From a virus (lineage: Duplodnaviria; Caudoviricetes): a stretch of DNA of 64,000 nt. The notes under the pieces are model-generated. The model was not told the DNA's origin. It ran no database searches and saw nothing but the letters and a program-made list of their open reading frames with translations. The stretch is taken from the IMG/VR virus record IMGVR_UViG_3300017754_004939, positions 710 to 64,709 of that record; one strand, given 5' to 3'. A program made the position numbers and the translations under genes. How positions within the stretch are numbered: the stretch's first letter is position 1; every line of letters begins with the position of its first letter. Shown piece by piece: positions 46,023 through 55,147 of this stretch.

Positions 46023-46569
46023 ACTATTTGTAATCTCTGACACACATTTCTGTCACGCTAACATTATAAAATATTGCAGTCGACCTTTTGAGAATGCTGA
46101 TCTCATGAACAGGGTCTTAATGGATAACTGGAACAGCGTCGTCAACAAAGATGACGTTGTTCTCCATTTGGGTGATATTACTGCCGGGGTTGGTAAACTA
46201 AAAGATCAACGAACACAAGAAATTATTAGCCAATTAAACGGCAAGAAAATCTTTGTACGAGGCAATCACGATAATGGAATTCGGTGTGTTGGAATGCTTG
46301 ACACTTTTTCTTTCTACTGGTACGGAGTAAAAATTCACTGTGAACATATCCCCAACACAAAGTTTCAAGATTTAGGGGATTTCCACTTGCACGGACACAT
46401 ACATCAGAATATAATCAATCTGAAGAACAGCTTCAACTGTTCAGTCGAAAACATTAATTACACTCCAATTAGACTTTCAGAAATTATAGAAAAGCATTAT
46501 GACAGTAAAGCTAACTCCAGAGGAAGTGACACAGTGCGAGACCTTTGCGAAGCAGGTTGCAGAAGCTAA
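46003..46569 (+). CDS. Calcineurin-like metallophosphoesterase
   Basis: SDTHF.H, HLGD, RGNHD and HGHIH. Confidence 0.88.
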   Translation: MELNNNRLFVISDTHFCHANIIKYCSRPFENADLMNRVLMDNWNSVVNKDDVVLHLGDITAGVGKLKDQRTQEIISQLNGKKIFVRGNHDNGIRCVGMLDTFSFYWYGVKIHCEHIPNTKFQDLGDFHLHGHIHQNIINLKNSFNCSVENINYTPIRLSEIIEKHYDSKANSRGSDTVRDLCEAGCRS

Positions 46570-46966
46570 GAATGGTACCTACGGGCCTACTTTTCTCAAA
46601 CACTTTACTCTTGGCATTAAAGGTGAGCTAGCCTATGCCAAGATTTTTAATCTCCAAACCAACTTTGCTATCTATGAAGGTAAGAAAGGGGATGGAGGAA
46701 CTGATTTCGATGGGGTTAATGTTAAGACTGTTTCTAAAGGTCTCTCTTCTACTAACGATCCTTGGCTCAAAGTTTCTGTTAAGCAACACAATCGTTATCG
46801 TGGCAAGGTGAAGAAGTATGCTCTTGTTATTGAAACCGGAGATAATGAGTTTGAATATCAAGGCAGTATCGACTATTATGATTTTGAAAAGCTTAAACGC
46901 ACCATTGAATTTGGTGATGGACAAGCTTATTATGTTAAAGTAAAGGACTTGACTACCAATGTTTGA
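46499..46966 (+). CDS. Hypothetical protein, PD-(D/E)xK-like
   Basis: GIKGELAY...GDGGTDFDGVNVKT. Confidence 0.55.
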   Translation: MTVKLTPEEVTQCETFAKQVAEAKNGTYGPTFLKHFTLGIKGELAYAKIFNLQTNFAIYEGKKGDGGTDFDGVNVKTVSKGLSSTNDPWLKVSVKQHNRYRGKVKKYALVIETGDNEFEYQGSIDYYDFEKLKRTIEFGDGQAYYVKVKDLTTNV

Positions 46967-47153
46967 TATGAACATAAACGAATTTGAAAGAACCAAACCT
47001 GTTGTAACGATGCAGAAGATTAATAATCTTCTCGAACGCATTGAAGAGGAACGAGTTAAGACTGAAATCTTGTATAAAGATAGAACTCGCAGTCTTGATG
47101 AGATTAAAAATTTGTTACAAGATGTAAAGGAAAGTTTTAAGAAAGGCGAATAA
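46959..47153 (+). CDS. Small coiled-coil hypothetical protein
   Basis: Tightly packed within the same-strand run. Confidence 0.6.
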   Translation: MFDMNINEFERTKPVVTMQKINNLLERIEEERVKTEILYKDRTRSLDEIKNLLQDVKESFKKGE

Positions 47154-47395
47154 TGAAAGAATACGCAACTATAATTACCCGTAAACACCCAACACTCAAT
47201 TTTGGTCAAACAGTAGACATCATTGCGTTTAACGAACTCTCTGATGAGGTGGTTATTAAACCGCATGGAGACAAAAAGACTTATAATATGCATTTCAAAG
47301 AAGTCTGGCCTAGTTATATGACTAAGAGATGCGAATATGAGCAACTGAACAAAGATCTTGAAAAGCTTGGAGAGTTCGATTATATTAAAAAGTAA
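47153..47395 (+). CDS. Hypothetical protein
   Basis: TAATG overlap with the upstream stop. Confidence 0.6.
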   Translation: MKEYATIITRKHPTLNFGQTVDIIAFNELSDEVVIKPHGDKKTYNMHFKEVWPSYMTKRCEYEQLNKDLEKLGEFDYIKK

Positions 47396-47396
47396 T

Positions 47397-47576
47397 ATGA
47401 CAAACTATACCAGTGTAAATGTTCAGCAGGTTCAGCGAATTCTTGAAAAGTATGGAACTACTTTTGAGCGATCTGTTGACCTTAATGCCTTTGTAAAAGA
47501 GATTCAGGCTTGTTGCGTGAATATTACAACTAATAAGGCTGACTCATTGGAAGTTTCTTTCTCTAATGCTAACTAA
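47397..47576 (+). CDS. Hypothetical protein
   Basis: ATG 47397 follows the upstream stop by 1 nt. Confidence 0.55.
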   Translation: MTNYTSVNVQQVQRILEKYGTTFERSVDLNAFVKEIQACCVNITTNKADSLEVSFSNAN

Positions 47577-47579
47577 TGT

Positions 47580-47777
47580 ATGCCTACATTGGATCATGCA
47601 TTTGATTTGACAGAGAAACTAAGCGAAGAAAAGATCGAATATCTCGTTATCTGTATTCAAAAATCTAAGGATACAGATAACGCTACTTATTTTCTCAATG
47701 TAAATGATAACACTGTTCCTACCTTAATGAAAGTTATTAAGGATGTATTGAGAGACCTTGAGAAGCGATTGGATTAA
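47580..47777 (+). CDS. Hypothetical protein
   Basis: Tightly packed ORF. Confidence 0.6.
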   Translation: MPTLDHAFDLTEKLSEEKIEYLVICIQKSKDTDNATYFLNVNDNTVPTLMKVIKDVLRDLEKRLD

Positions 47778-47801
47778 GCTATTCTCATTGTAAATAATTT
47801 T

Positions 47802-48014
47802 ATGAAAACTACATATGGTTTAAGAGAACAGTTGGCCAAGGCCTCAAGCATTTCTGAGATTGATTCTCTCTTGCAGAAGTGTGAAATCTATAAGGAGGCT
47901 AATATTGAGACAAAGCGTCGCTGGATCAATACAGCTCGTAAGCGTGCTGGTGAGCTAGAGGCTACAGATAAAGTTGCTGAGAAGCCCAAAAAGGCTAAGA
48001 AAAGCAATAAATAA
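47802..48014 (+). CDS. Small basic late protein
   Basis: TAAATA-N5-ATG. Confidence 0.65.
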   Translation: MKTTYGLREQLAKASSISEIDSLLQKCEIYKEANIETKRRWINTARKRAGELEATDKVAEKPKKAKKSNK

Positions 48015-48018
48015 TTAC

Positions 48019-48426
48019 ATGGATAGCAACATTAATAACAGCATCTTTGAAGCTTATTTAAAGTCAAAAACTCCTATTGTTGAAAATAAGCAAGAATCTC
48101 AACAAGTAATAGAAGAAAAGAGTAAAGCAAAGCCAGATTTCCTAGACATTGATGGTGATGGTAATAAGAAAGAGTCTATGAAAAAGGCTGCTCATGATAA
48201 AAAAGGTCACAAGGACGGAAAAAAGAAAGGTATGAGCTCAAAGCAAGCTAAGTTTTTCGGTAAGAAGAAAAAGAAAGCTGTAAAAGAAAATGTAAATCTA
48301 ACAAGAGAACAAAGCGTATTAAAAGAAAACTTCAGAGCAATCCTACAAAAGAATGGTTTAACTGATTTAGTAACTCCAAAGATTCTAAAGTCAATGTTTG
48401 ATGCTTACGCATTAGGTAAAAAGTAA
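48019..48426 (+). CDS. Lys-rich late protein with PDFLDIDGDGNKKE motif
   Basis: TAAATA-N5-ATG at 48019; DxDxDG loop. Confidence 0.7.
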   Translation: MDSNINNSIFEAYLKSKTPIVENKQESQQVIEEKSKAKPDFLDIDGDGNKKESMKKAAHDKKGHKDGKKKGMSSKQAKFFGKKKKKAVKENVNLTREQSVLKENFRAILQKNGLTDLVTPKILKSMFDAYALGKK

Positions 48427-48441
48427 ATTATTAAGAAATTG

Positions 48442-48470
48442 AACCCGCTAAGAAATTAGCGGGTTTTTTT
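48442..48470 (+). terminator. Rho-independent terminator
   Basis: AACCCGCTAA-GAAA-TTAGCGGGTT followed by a T-run. Confidence 0.85.
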
Positions 48471-48492
48471 GTGTTCTAAAATAAATAACTAT

Positions 48493-51400
48493 ATGTATTC
48501 TAAACTCATAAGCCCGTTTAAAGGTTTCGATTATTTAATTGGCTTATTAACAGAAAATCTCGACCAAAAAATAGCTAAGCTTCTTCAGAACCAAAACATT
48601 AAGAGCTTTGTTGATAAACAGAAAGTGGGTGATGCAGATAATACCCCCGATACCCAGTATTTAAAAAGAGTAGCTAACATGTTTGATCCTACTCCAGATA
48701 AGAAGTTTTTGGAGTATGTATTAAAGAACTGGATAAGCGGTAATATTAATGGTTTTGAAGATGCTACTGTAGTAAGAGAGGCTCTAAAGAAATACATTTC
48801 ATTCACAGCTCGTAATACCCCTGGTTTAGAAAAAGATATTAACAAATACGCTGATATAGGTGATTTGTATAAAACTCTCTCTGCTCTTCAACCAGCTAAA
48901 AAAGAAGATGTTTATAAAGAGAGAATTCAGAACTTTTTAAAAGCAGCTACCGAAGACAATCAAAAGGTAACTAAAATATACGATTTGCCTGATGGTTATC
49001 ATTTGTATAGAGTAGATGCTCCTCCTGAATCTGAAGAAACAGGTCTATTCAGCAAATCAGAATTTTGTCAAGGTTATTGGTGTATTAAAAGACCTTCAAT
49101 GAGTCATTATTACCCGTTGTTCTTTTTAGAAAAGAATGGCTTTATTGAAATAGCTGTTGTACCTAATGCTACTGAAATAAAAAACCCGTACAACCAAACT
49201 CAATATACTAAAGAACAGTTTGAAGCTATTAACTTTCTTTTTGATAACTGGAAAGATATTAATAAAAAGTCTGGAAATAAATTCTTTGATCCTAACACAA
49301 TAAGAGGTGGAGATTTCAGTTATTTCAATTTCTATAAAAAATTAAAACAGAATAATCTTGATTTCACCTCTGAGCAAGTAGGTATCGAAATCGAAGAAAA
49401 TAAGGAAAAGTATAACCAGCCAGGCAAAATGTATATGCCTGAATCTTTAGCTAAGATCGAAGAGTTTGTAAAACAAAACCCCCAGAGTTACACTACTAGC
49501 AAATACTATGACACTAAAGTTGAGATAACTATGGATGCGTTAAAAGCTTCTTATAATAATCTACCATTAAATGACAAATTAAAATATCACTGGTTTTATT
49601 TTAATACATTGCTTAGTTGCGCCCCATCTGCTAATCATATTTCTGAATATTTTGATATATTAAAACCATTTTTACCACCTAGTGCTTCTACATCTTTAAA
49701 AGCACTTACAGAGTTATACAGACAGCACAAAGATAGTATTTTAAAAGTTACTAATGGAGCCACTCCAAAAAATGTAAGCAGACCAGAAGACTTATATTAT
49801 TCTTATGCCTATACTTACATATTCTTAATACTTTGTAACGCGTTTTATTTCAGTACAGGGGTAAAAGATAAAAACTTTGTTTTTGATTATCAAACTCCAG
49901 AAGAGTATGAAAATGAGATAAAAAAACTAAAACCTTTAACCCATTCTTATTATTCTCCAGATGCTTTAAAACTATTCTTTGGTAAAACTGCAGTTGATTA
50001 CTTGAAGGAAAATATAGGCAAGTACAGCTCTATATTAGGAAATTTAGCTGAAGATATAGGTAGAGGTAAGGATGCTCTGTCTTTAGCTTTTAATAATCTT
50101 GACATATACACAGAGAGTATTGGTTATACAGGTGATAGAGCAGAAGATCAACTAAAAACTATTGACTTAAAAGAACCTAATAAAGATCTAATAAATTCAC
50201 AAAGCAAAGAATTTAAATCTGTATACAATATACCAGAATTTTCTATATTTTTGGGAGATATTTTATTAAGTCAGCAATTAAGTTTTGCTGGTAACTCAGG
50301 TGTTGAACAAAACATTAAACAAACTATGGAAGTCTCAGGCTATACAGATAACTATAAAGCTGCTTTAGATTCCATACAGGCTTATAAAAACATTATTACC
50401 GATGATAAAGATTATAAGTATCCCAAGTTGTTTAAACCAATGAGCAAAGGTGGTATAAAAGATCTTTTAACTGCCTATCAAGAACAAAACCCAATAGATG
50501 TAAACAATTTCTTAGCTATTAGCTATCTTGTAAATATACCTAATGTTGAAAGATTTAGTAGTATTAGTAAGAGCTTTGCAAACACTAAGGAAGGTTTAAA
50601 AACAACATTTGAAAAAGAAGTAACAGGAGATATTCTACCTAATATTGGTAATTTAGTTTATGATAAACTCTATAAAGACTTAGATCAAATTGATAAAAAC
50701 GAAAAAGCAAAATTTACCTGGGCTAGTGTATTTGCCGATAAACTGTATGGTAATATATCAGGTCAAATTAAAAAGTTTTATGACCCAACTGACCCTTCTA
50801 GCCTAGTCATCGGAAATATTTCAAACGGCTTATTTGATTCTGAAGACTATTTTAAGGCGAGAGGTAAAAATATTCCGTTCTCAACATTAGAAGATGAAGA
50901 CTATAGTAGAAAAGAAATAATGGATAGTTTTAAAGATAATGTCAACATAACCCTCTATTGCTCTTCTTTAAATTCTCTAAAGAAGTTAGAAGAGAAGTAT
51001 GGAGAGAAGTTCTACCCAAAAAATAAATCTGCATTTTCAAGAGCAATTTATTTTATGGCTGTATTGCATTCTGCAAGCTACATAGGTAACTTGGATTCTA
51101 CATATTGTGTTAAACATTTGGTAGAGGCCATGTTAAACTTAAGCCCTGAAGAAATAAAATTGCTAGATGGGATGAATTCCTTTGCAATTAGATTCGGGAC
51201 AAACAAGCATGTAAGAGCTGTTTTAAAGAATAACCAAGAAGTACAAAAAGCTATTTACAACCACTTTACGCCTTACTCTCAAGTCAATTCGTTAAAGAAC
51301 TTTTATATTGGAACATCCAACCCAATAAAGGCTCCAGAGAATATTGAAAAAGCTCTCAAATTATTAAAGAATAAAAAATATAGTGAGGCTTTTGGTGGTA

Positions 51401-51885
51401 ATGTTAAAAACGAGTATAAAGTAACATATACAGAACTAGACCCTAATAAGCAAAACTACATTGTAAAAATTGGAAAATATACCCTTGGTAAAGATTTTAC
51501 GGAAGGTCTCTCTGTAGACCAGCCTTATAATCAAGTTGGGGATCAAGTTCTTTCTAGTATAACCTATAAAAATACTCAAGATTTAGTATCTCTTATATAC
51601 GGTTTAGAGTGGGATAAAATTTATATTTTTATAAACCCTGCTGCGTATACGAATAGTAGAAGTTTTATTATTACTGGTAAGTTTTTTAATGCTCAAACAA
51701 AAGAAATGGAACCAATTGTTTATTATAGAAAAGAAACAAGCCCAGGAGCTGGCCAATCATTACTATATCTCTTAAAGTCAAAAATGACTGTATCTGATAC
51801 TATTTATAGCATGCGTAATAAAAAGACAAATATAAATGGTGTTGAAATTAAACACCAAACTGACGTCTTTACTCTTAAGGCATAG
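48493..51885 (+). CDS. Large hypothetical protein (about 1130 aa), candidate internal head protein
   Basis: TAAATA-N5-ATG; GLLTE near the N-terminus; DPTPDKKF..KDINKY..YWCI region. Confidence 0.75.
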   Translation: MYSKLISPFKGFDYLIGLLTENLDQKIAKLLQNQNIKSFVDKQKVGDADNTPDTQYLKRVANMFDPTPDKKFLEYVLKNWISGNINGFEDATVVREALKKYISFTARNTPGLEKDINKYADIGDLYKTLSALQPAKKEDVYKERIQNFLKAATEDNQKVTKIYDLPDGYHLYRVDAPPESEETGLFSKSEFCQGYWCIKRPSMSHYYPLFFLEKNGFIEIAVVPNATEIKNPYNQTQYTKEQFEAINFLFDNWKDINKKSGNKFFDPNTIRGGDFSYFNFYKKLKQNNLDFTSEQVGIEIEENKEKYNQPGKMYMPESLAKIEEFVKQNPQSYTTSKYYDTKVEITMDALKASYNNLPLNDKLKYHWFYFNTLLSCAPSANHISEYFDILKPFLPPSASTSLKALTELYRQHKDSILKVTNGATPKNVSRPEDLYYSYAYTYIFLILCNAFYFSTGVKDKNFVFDYQTPEEYENEIKKLKPLTHSYYSPDALKLFFGKTAVDYLKENIGKYSSILGNLAEDIGRGKDALSLAFNNLDIYTESIGYTGDRAEDQLKTIDLKEPNKDLINSQSKEFKSVYNIPEFSIFLGDILLSQQLSFAGNSGVEQNIKQTMEVSGYTDNYKAALDSIQAYKNIITDDKDYKYPKLFKPMSKGGIKDLLTAYQEQNPIDVNNFLAISYLVNIPNVERFSSISKSFANTKEGLKTTFEKEVTGDILPNIGNLVYDKLYKDLDQIDKNEKAKFTWASVFADKLYGNISGQIKKFYDPTDPSSLVIGNISNGLFDSEDYFKARGKNIPFSTLEDEDYSRKEIMDSFKDNVNITLYCSSLNSLKKLEEKYGEKFYPKNKSAFSRAIYFMAVLHSASYIGNLDSTYCVKHLVEAMLNLSPEEIKLLDGMNSFAIRFGTNKHVRAVLKNNQEVQKAIYNHFTPYSQVNSLKNFYIGTSNPIKAPENIEKALKLLKNKKYSEAFGGNVKNEYKVTYTELDPNKQNYIVKIGKYTLGKDFTEGLSVDQPYNQVGDQVLSSITYKNTQDLVSLIYGLEWDKIYIFINPAAYTNSRSFIITGKFFNAQTKEMEPIVYYRKETSPGAGQSLLYLLKSKMTVSDTIYSMRNKKTNINGVEIKHQTDVFTLKA

Positions 51886-51900
51886 TTGATAAATTATTGA

Positions 51901-53286
51901 GTGAGAAAGCTCGTTAATGTATTAATTCCAATGGCTGGAGCTGGAAGTAGATTCCACCAGGTTGGTTATTCTGTTCCAAAACCACTTATCAAAGTCTTTG
52001 AAAAGACAATGATAAGAACCTCTATTGATACGTTGAAGCTCAAAGGTATAGATTGCAAATATACCTTTGTTGCTCGTCGCTATAAAGAGCAAGAACACAA
52101 TGAAGCCATTCAAAAAGAGCTTCTTAACATAGACCCAGAAGCCACTGTAGTTTACGTAGATGAGCTAACTGAAGGGTCTGCTTGTACTTGTTTGCTAGCA
52201 AGAGACAGGATGAATCCTGATTTACCTTTATTCATATTCAATTGCGATCAGGTCTTTAATTTCTCACAAAAAACAATTGATGCTATCAGCAATATTATTA
52301 ACTCCAAATACGATGGAGCTGTAATTACCTGGAAAGACACTAACCCTAAGAATAGCTTCTGTGAAGTAGATACTCTTGGGTTCTGCTACAACTTTACTGA
52401 GAAACAACCAGTTTCAGATAATGCCTTAATTGGTTTTCATTATTGGAAGAGAACATCTGATTTTATTGATTCAGCAGAAGAAATGATTCAGAAGAAACAG
52501 AAGTTCAATAACGAATATTATATTGCTCCAACATATAACTTCTTAATCGATAAGAGTATGATGATTGCTAATATTCCGATTGAGAAAGACGAATGTTATT
52601 TGATTGGTACCCCTGAAGATTTAAACTACTATCTTAACAAGCCAAAGGTATCAGCAATCTTATTTGATTTAGATGGAGTTCTCGCTGATACAGAGGAACT
52701 ACATACAAGAGCTCTTAAACAAGCTATTACTGAATTTGGTTATTGTAGGGAATTTGTAGATTATGTTCCTGCTAATGTTACAACGGGAGAGAAGATAGAA
52801 ATTTTAGCTGCTAAATTCTGTAAGAGCAAGCCTATTTTAGAACATAAAAATGAAATTGTTGAGCGTAAAAGAGAAATATACGATGAGTTGTTAACAAATC
52901 ATACTTTTTCAAATGAAGATGAAATTGTAAACATATTCAAACACTTAGAACAGGAAAAGATTAACTACTATGTTATTACTAATTCAAGTAGATTTAGTAG
53001 TTACAAACTCTTGTTTAAGATGGGTTTATATTATTTGTTAGAGCACAAGATAATTTGTGCTGATAACTGTAATAAGCATAAGCCATACGCTGAGCCATAT
53101 GTAAGAGCAATTGTTAAATTTGGTTTAGATATGAATACAACTATTGCTATTGAAGATAGTGATGAGGGATATAGTAGCGCTACTTCTGCTGGTTTGTGTT
53201 GCAGGAAAATAAAAAACGCTAAGCAATGCACAGTTAGTTTCATCAAAGATGTAATAAACAATAGTAGATTCGTTAGTAATTTCTAA
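51901..53286 (+). CDS. Sugar-phosphate nucleotidyltransferase-like (GT-A) domain fused to a HAD phosphatase
   Basis: IPMAGAGSRF...PKPLI, TEGSACT, FNCDQ; then FDLDGVLADT, HKPYAEPY and IEDSDEG. GTG start 5 nt after TAAATT. Confidence 0.85.
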   Translation: MRKLVNVLIPMAGAGSRFHQVGYSVPKPLIKVFEKTMIRTSIDTLKLKGIDCKYTFVARRYKEQEHNEAIQKELLNIDPEATVVYVDELTEGSACTCLLARDRMNPDLPLFIFNCDQVFNFSQKTIDAISNIINSKYDGAVITWKDTNPKNSFCEVDTLGFCYNFTEKQPVSDNALIGFHYWKRTSDFIDSAEEMIQKKQKFNNEYYIAPTYNFLIDKSMMIANIPIEKDECYLIGTPEDLNYYLNKPKVSAILFDLDGVLADTEELHTRALKQAITEFGYCREFVDYVPANVTTGEKIEILAAKFCKSKPILEHKNEIVERKREIYDELLTNHTFSNEDEIVNIFKHLEQEKINYYVITNSSRFSSYKLLFKMGLYYLLEHKIICADNCNKHKPYAEPYVRAIVKFGLDMNTTIAIEDSDEGYSSATSAGLCCRKIKNAKQCTVSFIKDVINNSRFVSNF

Positions 53287-53297
53287 TAACTACTCAC

Positions 53298-53618
53298 ATG
53301 GAAGTGAGTCACATTTCAAACTTTAAAGGTGGTTGGTTTATAGGAGACTTTGAGCCATCGCTTTTAAAAAATGCTGGTTTTGAAGCTAGTGTAAAGGTTC
53401 ACAAGAAAAACGAAACCTGGCCAGTTCACTATCACAAGGTAGCAACTGAATACAATGTTATTGTATTAGGTAGAATGACCATACAAAACCAGGAACTACA
53501 AACTGGAGATGTATTTGTTCTTAAGCCTTTTGAGATTGCTGATCCAATCTTCCACGAAGATACAATAATTGTTTGTATTAAACATCCAGGAGCTAACAAC
53601 GACAAATTCGAAATATGA
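53298..53618 (+). CDS. Cupin-fold protein of capsule-type loci
   Basis: FKGGWFIGDFEPS and HYHKVATEYN. Confidence 0.75.
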   Translation: MEVSHISNFKGGWFIGDFEPSLLKNAGFEASVKVHKKNETWPVHYHKVATEYNVIVLGRMTIQNQELQTGDVFVLKPFEIADPIFHEDTIIVCIKHPGANNDKFEI

Positions 53619-54142
53619 GTTATACACTTTATGCCCATAGAGGCAATCTTTTTGGACCTAAACCAGAGCTGGAGAATACTCCTGATTATATAGATCAGGC
53701 TATTAAGTTCGGTTTCAAGGTAGAAGTAGATGTTTGGCTAAACCTGGACGGTAATTTGTATCTTGGTCATGATAAACCAGATACTCTTGTTTCTTTTGAG
53801 TACTTGTTTGTTAGACATGATAGCTTGTTAATTCATGCTAAGAATATTGAGGCCTTAATTTATCTTTCTTCAAGAACAAGACTCAATGTATTCTACCATA
53901 CAGACGAGCATGCTGTATTATCATCTAATGGCAATATAATTTTCCATCCAAACCATTACCCTGATGCTGTTGTTCCAATTGATTCTATTTTTAGTATGCC
54001 AGAGCTTAGCGAAAAGAAGCTTTACCCATATAAGAATCTAATTACAGATTATGCTGGTACCTTAAACACGTTTTATCAATCAAGATCAATAGATGATAGA
54101 GAGCTGCTTCCGGAAATACTAAGATACTTCCCAAACGAATAA
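53615..54142 (+). CDS. GDPD/PLC-like phosphodiesterase of capsule-type loci
   Basis: AHRGN...ENTP...VEVDVW...YLGHD...IHAKN. Confidence 0.8.
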   Translation: MSYTLYAHRGNLFGPKPELENTPDYIDQAIKFGFKVEVDVWLNLDGNLYLGHDKPDTLVSFEYLFVRHDSLLIHAKNIEALIYLSSRTRLNVFYHTDEHAVLSSNGNIIFHPNHYPDAVVPIDSIFSMPELSEKKLYPYKNLITDYAGTLNTFYQSRSIDDRELLPEILRYFPNE

Positions 54143-54153
54143 ATAACAAAAAA

Positions 54154-54531
54154 ATGATTATTTATATTCCAGTATCAGTGGCTGAGCTTTTTGACAAGAT
54201 AACTATATTAGAAATTAAACTAGCTGAAATTACGGATCTTGAGCGCCTTCAACACGTAAAAAAGGAACTAGCGATCTTACTTAAGATAGTTGAGGATCAT
54301 GGGCAGTTGAGCTTTTTGGGGACTGAGATGTATACTGAATTAAAAACAGTAAATAAGGTATTATGGGACGTATGTATTTTGCGCCGTAAATTCGAAACAG
54401 CTGGGCAGTTTGATACAGATTTTATCGTTCAGTCTCGTAACGAATATAAAACTAACGATCGTCGCGCGGCTATTAAAGCTAAGATAAATTTACATTTCGA
54501 AAGCGATATTGTAGAGGTAAAGAGCTACTAA
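54154..54531 (+). CDS. DUF6165-like protein
   Basis: IPVSVAELFDKITILEIK...LKTVNKVLWD...NDRRAAIK..IN...S..EVKSY. Confidence 0.75.
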   Translation: MIIYIPVSVAELFDKITILEIKLAEITDLERLQHVKKELAILLKIVEDHGQLSFLGTEMYTELKTVNKVLWDVCILRRKFETAGQFDTDFIVQSRNEYKTNDRRAAIKAKINLHFESDIVEVKSY

Positions 54532-54535
54532 CAAT

Positions 54536-55147
54536 ATGAGGGTAATTAAAAAGAATTTTATAAAGTGGGGAAAGATGGCTATCCTCGCTGAAGCACATGG
54601 TTTGCAAATGCTTGCGGAAAGCTTGGAAACTTCGTTTAATAACGCGGTTAATTGTCTTGTAGGTTGCAAGGGTAGAATTGTTGTTGCTGGTATGGGAAAG
54701 TCTGGTCTCATAGGTAAAAAAATTGCATCCACACTAGCCTCTACTGGTAACCTTGCGCTGTTTGTACATCCAGCTGAAGCAAGTCACGGAGATCTTGGTA
54801 TGATAGACAAAAGGGATGTAGTAATTATTATCTCTAAATCAGGAGAATCTCCTGAACTCAGAGATATTCTAATATACTGTCAACATTTTGGAGTTCCAAT
54901 AATAGCAATAACTATGAACCCTGAAAGCAGTCTAGGCAAGGCAGCGGATCATTTATTATTGTTACCTAGAATATCGGAAGCTTGTCCATTAGGTCTTGCC
55001 CCTACTACTTCTACAACGATGACACTTGCGCTAGGAGATGCATTAGCTATAGCATGTATTAGAGCACGTAACTTTCAACCTGAGCAATTTCACAAGTTTC
55101 ACCCCGGTGGTAAACTAAACCATATACCTCAAAAAGGATTTGAATGA
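54536..55147 (+). CDS. kdsD: Arabinose-5-phosphate isomerase, SIS domain only (KpsF/GutQ/KdsD-like, no CBS)
   Basis: GMGKSGLIG, HPAEASHGDLGM, SKSGES, EACPLGLAPTTST and HPGG. Confidence 0.88.
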   Translation: MRVIKKNFIKWGKMAILAEAHGLQMLAESLETSFNNAVNCLVGCKGRIVVAGMGKSGLIGKKIASTLASTGNLALFVHPAEASHGDLGMIDKRDVVIIISKSGESPELRDILIYCQHFGVPIIAITMNPESSLGKAADHLLLLPRISEACPLGLAPTTSTTMTLALGDALAIACIRARNFQPEQFHKFHPGGKLNHIPQKGFE

